Assembly (NCBI GenBank): GCA_045638625.1
Contig: JAZUBR010000020.1
Coordinates: forward strand, 9,660 to 73,659
Source: Candidatus Gastranaerophilaceae bacterium
Lineage (GTDB): Bacteria > Cyanobacteriota > Vampirovibrionia > Gastranaerophilales > Gastranaerophilaceae
DNA: 64,000 nt
Reading direction: 5' to 3'
Position numbers and translations under genes: made by a program. A model generated the notes under the pieces. The model was not told the origin of the DNA, did no database searches, and worked only from the letters and a program-made list of their open reading frames with translations. Numbering within the stretch: position 1 is the stretch's first letter; every line of letters starts with the position of its first letter. This document shows positions 1 through 8,080 of this stretch, piece after piece.

Positions 1-996
1 CATTAAATATGCAGGTTTATTTTGAATGCTACTTCCGATATAACTTGGCAATAACTTTTCAAAACCTTCTTGAAATTCTTTGAAAAATCTTTCGATTACT
101 TTTGCTCTTGCATTATACGGTCTTGCAAAAACTGTTTCTATTCCGAGTTTTGAGTATAGTCCCTGAAAACCGAGTTCAGTGAAACCTTTATCGTCAGTAA
201 AATATTTAGCTCTAAATGCTCTGCCGTTATCCTGATAAATAACTTTTGGTATCATATCGAGATTTATTATTGCGTTCCTGAGAGCTGAAGCTATACATTG
301 AGTATTTTCTTCAAGCATAATTTCATAACCGACCAATGCAGTTGATTTCCAATCCAAGAATCCAACTAATGTTGCTCTACAAGGTTTTCCTGTAAATGGA
401 TTTATTACTTGAAACGCTAATTTGTGTCCGTCAGTTACAAGAACATCGCCGACTTCAAGCAAGCTTGCATCACGTTTTATGTACGGTTCAACTTTATCTG
501 ATAAAGCTTTTTCTCCATCACGGGCAAGAATCCATTTGTCATAATTATTATCCTTAAACCATTTGGCATAACGACGAAATGTAATATCAGCGGGGATAAA
601 ACTTTGCCCTTGCTCATGCAATTTGTATTTCGTGAGTGCGATTGCTTTACCAATTGATAATCTATTTGGATGCAAAAGCAATCCCATAAATATTTTTATT
701 TCTTCATCATTTAATATGGTCCTGTAATCATTTACCACAGAATATTTGTATTGAGGTAAAAGTTTTGTGTAATCTTCAGTTCCGTTGAGCATCGCATACC
801 AACGATGTAAGCTTCCACGAGAGATTTTGCCTAAAATATCAAACAAGTAAGAGTTTGAAGTATTATGCAATTTCACAAAATCATAATCTGCTTGAAGTTT
901 ATTTTGAGATTTCTTCCTAAACTCAAGCCATTTATGAACTATATCTAATCTTGCTAGTGCTATTTGTTTTGATTTTTCTGGTGTGAAGTTTGTCAT
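1..996 (-). mobile_element. DDE (rve/integrase-core) transposase, TniA/TnsB/MuA-like or IS481-like. The N-terminus is at ~996 and the C-terminus lies beyond the window edge; the gene is absent from the ORF track because it runs off the edge.
   Basis: Reverse translation from the ATG at 996..994 gives MTNFTPEKSKQIALARLDIVHKW... through to ...KPAYLM with no stop before position 1. The ~190-aa N-terminal region is HTH-like. A DDE triad is visible: D in LVTDGHKL, D in IYQDNGRAF, E in AKVIERFFKEF, spaced ~60 and ~35 aa apart. An AAGGA RBS lies ~11 nt upstream. Confidence 0.6.
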
Positions 997-1089
997 AATT
1001 TAAAATCCTTATGACACATTCATCACTCTTGTCTTGGCAGAAGTCAACTATTGCATCTCATATCAAGAGATATTTCGACACATATCAAA

Positions 1090-1300
1090 CTGGAAGATAA
1101 ATTATTTTTGCACTTTGTTGCACAAAGTTGCACGGGGTAAATATTCAAATATATCAAGACTTTAAGCCAAGTTTAAAGGCAAAAAACCAAAATATGAGTG
1201 CAAAATAGTGCAAGAAAAGGGATGAAAGTGCAAAAATTGCCCCTCAAATATCAACACTATTAATCTGCCTCATTCGCCCTAAACTCGGCACTTTTTCTAC
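1090..1300. repeat. Cluster of short TGCAA/TTGCAC repeats in both orientations between the transposase start and tRNA-Arg. These are candidate transposase-binding terminal repeats marking a mobile element end.
   Basis: The sequence reads tttGCACtttgtTGCACaaagtTGCACgggg, then gAGTGCAAaatAGTGCAAgaaaagggatgaaAGTGCAAaaattgcccc. Three direct AGTGCAA copies sit beside a near-palindromic actttgTTGCACaaagt. The region is non-coding. Confidence 0.35.
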
Positions 1301-1396
1301 AAAACTCCCATCATAAAAGTCCTGTTAGGTTATACCGTTTGCGGAGCTAATATGGTTCGACTCCCTTCTCACGGTTTTTACGTAAAAAAAAACATT

Positions 1397-1472
1397 TGCG
1401 GCTGGAGGGAGTCGAACCCACGGCAGACAAGGTTTAGGAAACCTCCGCTCTATCCTACTGAGCTACAACCGC
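1397..1472 (-). tRNA. tRNA-Arg (anticodon CCT)
   Basis: The reverse complement is GCGGTTGTAGCTCAGTAGGATAGAGCGGAGGTTTCCTAAACCTTGTCTGCCGTGGGTTCGACTCCCTCCAGCCGCA. It has a 7-bp acceptor stem (one G.U), a D-arm GCTC/GAGC, an anticodon stem GAGGT/ACCTT with loop TTCCTAA (U33, CCT, A37) and a GGTTCGACT T-loop. The T-stem has one mismatch and no CCA is encoded. The six-frame ORF 1352..1543 (+) is spurious over this gene. Confidence 0.85.
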
Positions 1473-1481
1473 AAATGCTTT

Positions 1482-1745
1482 TTACAGACCTGCACCCCTT
1501 AGAGCACTTACTATCAAAGATTGAACTATTGATAATAGAATAAGCGCAACTATAGGTGAAAAATCAATCATTCCAACAGGCGGAATGAACGCTCTAAAAA
1601 TCTTCAAATACGGCTCCGTTACTGAACGCATCGCACTAAAAGGTTGTGAATTCCAATCAATATTAGGAACCCATGAGCATAGCAAGCATATCAGAATCAG
1701 CAAGCCATAAAAATGAAAAATCAAATCGATACCGTATGAAATCAT
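1482..1745 (-). CDS. YggT/Ycf19-family small integral membrane protein
   Basis: The 87-aa product has two hydrophobic helices. The sequence ...FSAMRSVTEPYLKIFRAFIPPVGMIDFSPIVALILLSIVQ... fits the YggT family signature (R..TEP.L...R.IP..G.iDfSp). Confidence 0.6.
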   Translation of the reverse strand: MISYGIDLIFHFYGLLILICLLCSWVPNIDWNSQPFSAMRSVTEPYLKIFRAFIPPVGMIDFSPIVALILLSIVQSLIVSALRGAGL

Positions 1746-1758
1746 AAGTTACACCTTA

Positions 1759-2556
1759 TTACAATTGAGAATTTTTCTTTGTATTTGCACATTCACAAAT
1801 AGCACGTTCAGCAGGAATATTCTCTATCATAGTGAATAATAACTTTTTCAAATTAGCTACGTTGTTATTGAATACTTGAATTACTTCATGGTGAGATACT
1901 GGTGGAACATCTCCAACAAGACCTGCATCATAATCTGTAATCAAAGAAATGTTCAATGGACACATATCCATTTCTTTCACAAGGTAAGCTTCTGGGAACG
2001 CTGTCATATTAATAACTTCCCAACCTTGATTTGTAAAGAACTTAGATTCAGCTTTTGTAGAGAATCTAGGTCCATTTATAACAACAACAGTACCAGTCTC
2101 ATGAACAGTAATTCCTAAATCTTTAGCAGTCTTGATTGCTAAAGCTCTTAATTCTGGACAATATGTTTCTGCAGGTGATGGGTGAGTTACAATAGGACCT
2201 TCAAAGAAAGTTGATTTTCTACCATCTGTCCAATCTACGAACTGATCACAAACAACAAAATGACCAGGTTCAACATGTTTTTGCAAACTACCTGCTGCAC
2301 AAGGAGAAATTACTCTTGTACAACCAATTTCTTTCATCGCCCATACATTAGCTCTAAAGTTAATCAAATGAGGTAATATAGTGTGATTACGTCCGTGTCT
2401 TGGCATGAAAGCTACACGATGATTGCCAATTGTACCAATAAACAAACTATCACTTGGCATACCATAAGGAGTTTCAATTTTTACTTCTTCAATATCTTCT
2501 AAAAACTTATAAAAACCTGAACCACCAAATACACCAATTTCTGCTAATTTTTCCAT
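1759..2556 (-). CDS. mtnP: S-methyl-5'-thioadenosine phosphorylase (PNP/MTAP family)
   Basis: The protein aligns along its length with human MTAP. Shared motifs include IGVFGGSGFY, PYGMPSD, MPRHGRNHTILP, NFRANVWAMKEIGCTRVI, INGPRFSTKAES and WEVINMT. Confidence 0.85.
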   Translation of the reverse strand: MEKLAEIGVFGGSGFYKFLEDIEEVKIETPYGMPSDSLFIGTIGNHRVAFMPRHGRNHTILPHLINFRANVWAMKEIGCTRVISPCAAGSLQKHVEPGHFVVCDQFVDWTDGRKSTFFEGPIVTHPSPAETYCPELRALAIKTAKDLGITVHETGTVVVINGPRFSTKAESKFFTNQGWEVINMTAFPEAYLVKEMDMCPLNISLITDYDAGLVGDVPPVSHHEVIQVFNNNVANLKKLLFTMIENIPAERAICECANTKKNSQL

Positions 2557-2620
2557 TCTGTCACCTCACTAACTTTAACTATAGCCACATTCTAACATAA
2601 ACATGAAATAATTTAACCAA

Positions 2621-2660
2621 AAAGAAAGCCCGAAAGAAACTTTCGAGCTTTCAAAAAACC
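2621..2660 (-). terminator. Rho-independent terminator downstream of the minus-strand hup gene
   Basis: On the minus-strand RNA, AAAGCUCGAAAG-UUUC-CUUUCGGGCUUU forms a 12-bp stem with one G.U pair, followed by CUUUUUGG. Confidence 0.6.
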
Positions 2661-2673
2661 TATATCATTAAGA

Positions 2674-2952
2674 CTATTTGCCGTTAACGATAGTTTTGAA
2701 GTTTTTACCAGCTGAGAATACAGGAACTGTCTTAGCAGGAATTTTAATTTCTTTGTTAGTTTGTGGGTTTCTGCCGTTTCTTGCAGCTCTCTTACGTGGT
2801 TCGAAAGTACCAAAACCAACTAAAGTAACTTTTTTACCTTTAGCAACAGTCTTTTGAATAGTATCAATTAAAGCACCTAAAACTTCGCTAGCTTCTTTTT
2901 GAGTAACTTTAGCTTTTTTTGAAATCTCTTGCACTAATTCTTCTTTGTTCAT
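2674..2952 (-). CDS. hup: DNA-binding protein HU (paralog 1)
   Basis: The 92-aa product has the HU signature GFGTFEPRKRAARNGRNPQTNKEIKIPAKTVPVFSAGKNFK. An AAGGAG RBS lies 8 nt upstream. Confidence 0.9.
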   Translation of the reverse strand: MNKEELVQEISKKAKVTQKEASEVLGALIDTIQKTVAKGKKVTLVGFGTFEPRKRAARNGRNPQTNKEIKIPAKTVPVFSAGKNFKTIVNGK

Positions 2953-2983
2953 TGTAAAACTCCTTTCTTATGTGTACAACCCT

Positions 2984-3011
2984 ATTATACTTGTCCACTA
3001 AAATATTGCAA
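2984..3011 (-). promoter_or_regulatory. Sigma-70-type promoter for hup paralog 1 (TTGCAA-N16-TATAAT)
   Basis: On the minus strand, TTGCAAtattttagtggacaagTATAAT lies ~35 nt upstream of the RBS. The second hup gene at 4401-4428 has the same architecture. Confidence 0.5.
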
Positions 3012-3290
3012 GCAAAACTTTTCAAAAATACTGGGGTTTAGACCTATTTACGCATAAAAATCCACAAAAAGTATGATTTTAGTATTAACACACGAGATGC
3101 TAACGGACTGTCCTCTCTCCCACTACAACACGCTTCTTTATTAGGTTTTAACCCTATATATAAATTTTCAACACTCTTTATACCCAACTTTGTAAACTTT
3201 TGTTAAACTTTCTCTACATGCTGAAATCCGCAAGGTTTAAAAGACTTTATATTAATGTAAGCTTTAGTAAGATATTAGAAAGAGTAAGTT

Positions 3291-3533
3291 ATGACAAACA
3301 ACGATGCAATTGAAAGAAACAAAAAACCAATTGGAGCTCTTGAAATTCCAGATAACTTTAATTGTTATTATTTGAACAAAAAAGACCGCCAAATGAGATT
3401 CAACAATGCAAAAGACCCTCTTTACTATATCTTTGACGGTATGGAACAAAAACCAATGAAAGCAGTAATTAGAGACTTTGTAAAAGACATCGTCACTGAT
3501 CTTAAAAGATACTATAAAAAGCTTGCCAGCTAG
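3291..3533 (+). CDS. Hypothetical small protein (80 aa)
   Basis: The protein is K/D/E-rich and looks protein-like, whereas the overlapping minus-frame ORF 3264..3542 is F/V/I-rich junk. A terminator hairpin lies 40 nt downstream. No family was recognised. Confidence 0.4.
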   Translation: MTNNDAIERNKKPIGALEIPDNFNCYYLNKKDRQMRFNNAKDPLYYIFDGMEQKPMKAVIRDFVKDIVTDLKRYYKKLAS

Positions 3534-3570
3534 ATTTGGCACTAGAGAAAAAAAAGGAAAAGAATAATAA

Positions 3571-3602
3571 AGTCCAACATTTAGTTGGACTTTTTATTTT
3601 TG
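3571..3602 (+). terminator. Rho-independent terminator
   Basis: The 8-bp stem AGTCCAAC/GTTGGACT with loop attta is followed by TTTTTATTTTTGTT. Confidence 0.6.
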
Positions 3603-3632
3603 TTATAATAGGGAAAAAGGAGGTTTTGGTTT

Positions 3633-4373
3633 ATGAAAAGATTATTGATTTTAACATTAATACAATTAGGGCTTGTAATGCCATCATTTGCGGCATGCAA
3701 CTGTACTAATTCTCAACCAGAAGCAACTATTAATGTAAGTGCTACTGCAACAAAAGAAGTCTCTCCAGATACAGTAGAAATTAATATCGAAATCCAAACA
3801 GAAGATGCGAAAAGCATGCAAGCTGCATCAAAAGAGAATTCAGAGCTTTCTCTCAAGGTTCTTGAATCAATGAAGCAATTCCTCAACACCTCCAATGGAG
3901 ATTATGTTAAAACTGCATATTTTAGAGCTGACTCAAAATACAAATATATAAACAACAGACAAGTTTTTGACTGTTATCAAGTAACTAATACAGTTGTCGT
4001 CCATACAAAAGACATTTCTAAAATATCTGAAATCATAGAAAAAGCAATCTCTGAAGGAGCAACTGGAGTTTCAAACCTCAACTTTAGTATTTCAAATTAT
4101 GATTCTTTTAAAAATGAGCTAATCTCAGAAGCAATGAAAAAAGCTGAATCTCAAGCTTGCACTGCCGCAAAAACAGCAAACTCTGAAATTTTAAAAATCA
4201 AAACAATAAACATTTCCAACAATGCCTACGGTCATGCCAGAAACACTGTACTTAACTTCAAAGCAGCCAGAGGTTCTTACGACGCAGCCGTTGCAGAATC
4301 CGCAACACCGTCCATAGAGCCTGGTATTATTAAGATACAGGCAGATGTTAATGTCATCTACTACATCAAATAA
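3633..4373 (+). CDS. SIMPL-domain (DUF541) secreted protein or lipoprotein
   Basis: A signal peptide MKRLLILTLIQLGLVMPSFAAC carries a lipobox-like FAAC. Downstream, ATINVSATATKEVSPDTVEINIEIQTE matches the hallmark 'i.v.g.g...v.pD.a.v...v' of SIMPL/DUF541. A GGAGG RBS is present. Confidence 0.6.
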   Translation: MKRLLILTLIQLGLVMPSFAACNCTNSQPEATINVSATATKEVSPDTVEINIEIQTEDAKSMQAASKENSELSLKVLESMKQFLNTSNGDYVKTAYFRADSKYKYINNRQVFDCYQVTNTVVVHTKDISKISEIIEKAISEGATGVSNLNFSISNYDSFKNELISEAMKKAESQACTAAKTANSEILKIKTINISNNAYGHARNTVLNFKAARGSYDAAVAESATPSIEPGIIKIQADVNVIYYIK

Positions 4374-4400
4374 AACCTAGTAATAATAAGGATTTAACTC

Positions 4401-4428
4401 TTGCAAAAACCTGAAATATGTGTATAAT
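4401..4428 (+). promoter_or_regulatory. Sigma-70-type promoter for hup paralog 2 (TTGCAA-N16-TATAAT)
   Basis: TTGCAAaaacctgaaatatgtgTATAAT lies ~58 nt upstream of the ATG. The architecture is identical to the hup-1 promoter. Confidence 0.5.
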
Positions 4429-4486
4429 TAAGATATCGGAATGGTTTTCGTTAGTGTTATATTATTTAATGTTCAAGGAGGGTTAA

Positions 4487-4759
4487 ATGAACAAAGAGGA
4501 ATTAGTAAAAGAGATTGCTAAGAAAACAAACTTATCACAAAAAGTAAGTTCAGAAGTTTTGTCTGCACTTGTAGAAACAATTCAAAAAACAGTTTCTAAA
4601 GGCAAAAAAGTTACATTAGTAGGTTTCGGTACTTTCGAAGCTCGTAAAAGAGCTGCTAGAACAGGTCGTAACCCAAGAACTAGCCAAGCAATTAAAATTC
4701 CTGCAAAAACCGTTCCAGCTTTCTCTGCAGGAAAAACTTTCAAAGAGCTTGTTAAGTAA
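4487..4759 (+). CDS. hup: DNA-binding protein HU (paralog 2)
   Basis: The 90-aa product is ~70% identical to paralog 1 and carries GFGTFEARKRAARTGRNPRTSQAIKIPAKTVPAFSAGKTFK. A GGAGGG RBS is present. Confidence 0.9.
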   Translation: MNKEELVKEIAKKTNLSQKVSSEVLSALVETIQKTVSKGKKVTLVGFGTFEARKRAARTGRNPRTSQAIKIPAKTVPAFSAGKTFKELVK

Positions 4760-4787
4760 TTAACTTCTGGTTAAAAGATTTGAGAGC

Positions 4788-4820
4788 AACGGGCAGTCAA
4801 TGACTGCCCGTTTATTTATA
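4788..4820. terminator. Bidirectional rho-independent terminator between convergent genes
   Basis: The perfect 12-bp stem AACGGGCAGTCA/TGACTGCCCGTT is followed by TTTATTTATA on the plus strand. It sits between the hup-2 stop and the stop of the minus-strand gene ending at 4826. Confidence 0.7.
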
Positions 4821-4825
4821 CTCTA

Positions 4826-6295
4826 TTAAATTTCACCTACTGTTTCTATATCAGAATCGTGTCTTAATTCTTCAAATGCGATAACTCTTAAATTATTCAC
4901 AAACTCTGAGAAAATTAAAAACGTCATCTGTCGAATTTCAAAAGGAGCTAACAGAATAATCTCATCCAATTCTGCAGATTTTGCCAGTCTTTTCATCTTT
5001 CTAACAAGCTTTAATACAGACTCACTATCAACCTTTACAACGCCTTCTCCTTCGCCACAGATTGAGCTCTCATAGAAGTTTTCTATCGTCTTCATTGAGA
5101 GTTCTATAACCTTTAGAGAATCTTTCCCTGCAAACAAATCTTTAGTTATTTGTTTACTCAAGGATAAGCGGATTTTTTCTATTAATTGGTCTTTTGATTC
5201 TTCGGAAGAAAAATCATTTATTTTTTCAAAAATATAAACAATATCCTTAACAGAAACTCTTTCTTTTATCAAAGAAGACAGAATGTACTTTATCTCTGCT
5301 GCAGAGATATAATCAGGATAAATATTATTAATTAAAAACGAGTTCTTTTCCTGCACAACTTCTAGATATTTATTGACAGAATTATAGTCTAGAATTTCTT
5401 CAACATTTTTTATAGAAACAAACTCTAATATCCTCCCGATATACTCTACAGGAGTCAATTTATTAACCCAGTAATCCTTGGCAATATCTTCATCAATCCA
5501 AATTACAGGCTCGTCAGTAATATAGTCCTTTGAAAGAATATCTGTTTTATGTTTTTTATAGGAATCAAAGTCCTTCTTAAACACACATACTTTATTAGGG
5601 AAAACATAATCCTTTACAAGCTCTATCCCATGAAGATTTATGCTAAACTCATTAGCCTCTAAATCCTCTTCATTTGAAAATACAACATTAGGAATTACAT
5701 ACCCTAATGAATCTGCAAGATTCTGTCTAACCTTAACGGTCTCTGCTAAAAGATTATCATCAGTATCCTGAATAACTGTCTCTATAAGTTCTTCTGATAA
5801 GTGGATAACAAACTTATCTTGACTTAGGTTAGAATACATATTATCAGGAGATATTTCCTGAATCAAAGACGCTTTTAATGAATCCAAACGCAATATTTCA
5901 TCAGAAAGTTGCTTATTAAGCAAGTCCTTATCTTTCAATGTAAAAGCATCATTATCTAATTGATATTTTATCTTTGAAATTATCTCTTTTTGCTCTTTTA
6001 TCTTAACTTGCAAATCTTTACAAGTTGAATAAGGTGACAAAGTAGAAGAAAACATCTTTTCCATTGTATTCTTGAAGCTCTTAATCTTTATCACATCATC
6101 AAAGTCTTGGGAAGGTTCTTCTTCTTTCTGACGCATAAAAATACAGTCAAAATAAATCCCGTCTTTTCGCTCAACCTCATGCATTCCGTACAAATCCCAT
6201 CCAGAATTTGACATTTCATTAAGCAAATCCTCTAAACCCTGCTTATCATTAACAATAGCAGACTTTATCACATACTGCATTTTCTGTTTAAACAT
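4826..6295 (-). CDS. Soluble FlhA/SctV (FHIPEP) cytoplasmic-domain homolog with an unrelated N-terminal domain and no transmembrane region
   Basis: The C-terminal ~350 aa match FlhA C-domain blocks. [45 protein letters not shown] matches [46 protein letters not shown] matches [50 protein letters not shown] matches PVLLVSPALRRPLRRLLERFLPDLPVLSYNEI. The N-terminal ~60 aa ([11 protein letters not shown]...) are DUF4177-like, followed by a coiled coil. Confidence 0.7.
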   Translation of the reverse strand: [489 protein letters not shown]

Positions 6296-6305
6296 TATCT
6301 TGCCT

Positions 6306-7613
6306 CTACTTTATAATCCTATATATTAAATCATGTTCCACATTTTCGGTATCCGATAACAGGAACGCATCTTGACAATAGTTTAAAGCATTCTGTGTTT
6401 TACTCTCATCATTAGAATATATTGTACAAAGAGTCTCGCCCTCTTTAACGTACTCTCCAGACTTTTTATCAAGAAAAATACCAACACCATAATCAATCGG
6501 ATCAGATTTTTTATCTCTCCCAGCTCCTAACAATTTACAAGCATAAGCAATTTTTAAAGCATCAATATTTTTGACAAATCCTGATTTTTGCGCCTTCATT
6601 TCATAACGAATATTTGTTGGCGGGAACAACGAGTAATCTTCAAGTACAGCAGGATTGCCACCTTGTGCAACAATAAGTTCCCTGAACTTATCTAATGCAC
6701 GCCCAGAAGCAATTGCTTCTTTTAAAATTAATTTTGCAGATTCTATATCTGCAGCCTTTCCAACCTGAAGCATTGAAAGAGCAGCAAAATCATAGGTAAG
6801 CTCTGCAATATCTCCAGTCGTAATATTGCCTTTTAAGAACTCAATGGCCTCTATAATTTCTAAAGAATTCCCAACGGCACGCCCCAAAGGTTCTTCCATC
6901 GATGTTATAACTGCTGTAATTTTTTTATTCAAATTTTTGCCAATTTGAACCATAATTTCAGATAATTGAACGGCATCCTCTGGTGTTTTCATAAACGCAC
7001 CAGAACCGTACTTAACATCCAAAACTATATTATTTGCCCCAGAAGCAATCTTCTTAGACACAACAGAAGATGCAATCAAAGGTTTGCTATCAACAGTAGA
7101 TGTTACGTCTCTTAAAGCATACAATTTTCCATCAGCAGGTGTTAAGTTCTGAGTTTGTGCTCCAATAGCCACGCCGATTTTTTCAACCTGACTCACCAAA
7201 TCTTTAATCGCTAAGTTCGTATTAAAATTTTGAATCGATTCAAGCTTATCAATAGTACCACCCGTATGCCCAAGCCCTCTCCCAGAAAGCTTTGCGACAG
7301 GAACACCACAAGCAGCCAACAAAGGAATAAGTGTTATCGTAACCTTGTCACCTACGCCACCAGTAGAATGTTTATCTACAACAGAATCTGATAAAGCTCC
7401 TAAGTCAACAATATCTCCAGAATTAATCATAGCCTCAGTCAGGTATGCAGTTTCAGCATCAGTCATACCTTTAAAATAAACCGCCATTAGCCAAGCTGCA
7501 AGCTGATAATCAGCAGCCGTACCATCCATTAGCGAATCTATCAGATAATTAATTTCTTCCTTTGAGAGCTCTTTTCCAAGCTTCTTAGATTGGATAATAT
7601 CAACGACACGCAT
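6306..7613 (-). CDS. pdp: Pyrimidine-nucleoside (thymidine) phosphorylase
   Basis: The 435-aa protein carries STGGVGDKVT, LSGRGLGHTGGTIDKLESI and TLCTIYSNDE in a family-typical layout. Confidence 0.85.
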   Translation of the reverse strand: MRVVDIIQSKKLGKELSKEEINYLIDSLMDGTAADYQLAAWLMAVYFKGMTDAETAYLTEAMINSGDIVDLGALSDSVVDKHSTGGVGDKVTITLIPLLAACGVPVAKLSGRGLGHTGGTIDKLESIQNFNTNLAIKDLVSQVEKIGVAIGAQTQNLTPADGKLYALRDVTSTVDSKPLIASSVVSKKIASGANNIVLDVKYGSGAFMKTPEDAVQLSEIMVQIGKNLNKKITAVITSMEEPLGRAVGNSLEIIEAIEFLKGNITTGDIAELTYDFAALSMLQVGKAADIESAKLILKEAIASGRALDKFRELIVAQGGNPAVLEDYSLFPPTNIRYEMKAQKSGFVKNIDALKIAYACKLLGAGRDKKSDPIDYGVGIFLDKKSGEYVKEGETLCTIYSNDESKTQNALNYCQDAFLLSDTENVEHDLIYRIIK

Positions 7614-8062
7614 TAATTTTTAATACCTTTCAATCTGTCAATAACGATGTCTGTAATATCAACACCGCCTGCAAAAATCACTTTAATATCAACAATGGCA
7701 TCAAGCTTTTGTTCAGCCATTACAATCTTTGCAGCAGATTGAACTTTACTAAAAACTTCTTTTTCTTTGTTTATACGATACTTAACATAAGCATCTTCTT
7801 TTGCTTTATATTCATTTGCAATTCTATCTTTGAACGCTTGTTTTTTCACAGGAGTATCAATAGCTTTAAATTCTTTTTCTCTATCCATCAAATATTGTTG
7901 CAATTCCATACCCTTTGCATCCAAATCTTTGGCAACTGTTTTAGCCAAATCATAACTTGCTAAAACTTTTTCATAGTTAATATATCCTAAGCCTTCTGCA
8001 AAACAAGGTGATGAAACTAAGCCCATAAGAGCCATTAACGCAATCAATTTGATTTTCTTCAT
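7613..8062 (-). CDS. skp: Skp/OmpH-family periplasmic chaperone
   Basis: The 149-aa protein has a signal peptide MKKIKLIALMALMGLVSSPCFA and a K/E-rich helical body. It lies immediately downstream of bamA, the conserved bamA-skp order. Confidence 0.55.
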   Translation of the reverse strand: MKKIKLIALMALMGLVSSPCFAEGLGYINYEKVLASYDLAKTVAKDLDAKGMELQQYLMDREKEFKAIDTPVKKQAFKDRIANEYKAKEDAYVKYRINKEKEVFSKVQSAAKIVMAEQKLDAIVDIKVIFAGGVDITDIVIDRLKGIKN

Positions 8063-8080
8063 ATTATTCTCCTTAAATTA

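Noticed and set aside
1350-1396. Possible second tRNA, or a tRNA 3' half, on the plus strand (GGTTCGACTCCC T-loop-like sequence)
   Set aside because: There is no complementary T-stem, acceptor stem or anticodon arm around it. It is only an inverted copy of the T-arm of the real tRNA.
1352-1543. A 63-aa plus-strand ORF in the six-frame track
   Set aside because: It lies exactly over the minus-strand tRNA-Arg(CCT) gene and its trailer. The translation is an artefact of the tRNA sequence.
3264-3542. A 92-aa minus-strand ORF overlapping the 3291..3533 plus ORF
   Set aside because: The translation is dominated by F/V/I/C/W runs typical of the antisense frame of AT-rich coding DNA. The plus-strand product looks protein-like and has a terminator downstream.
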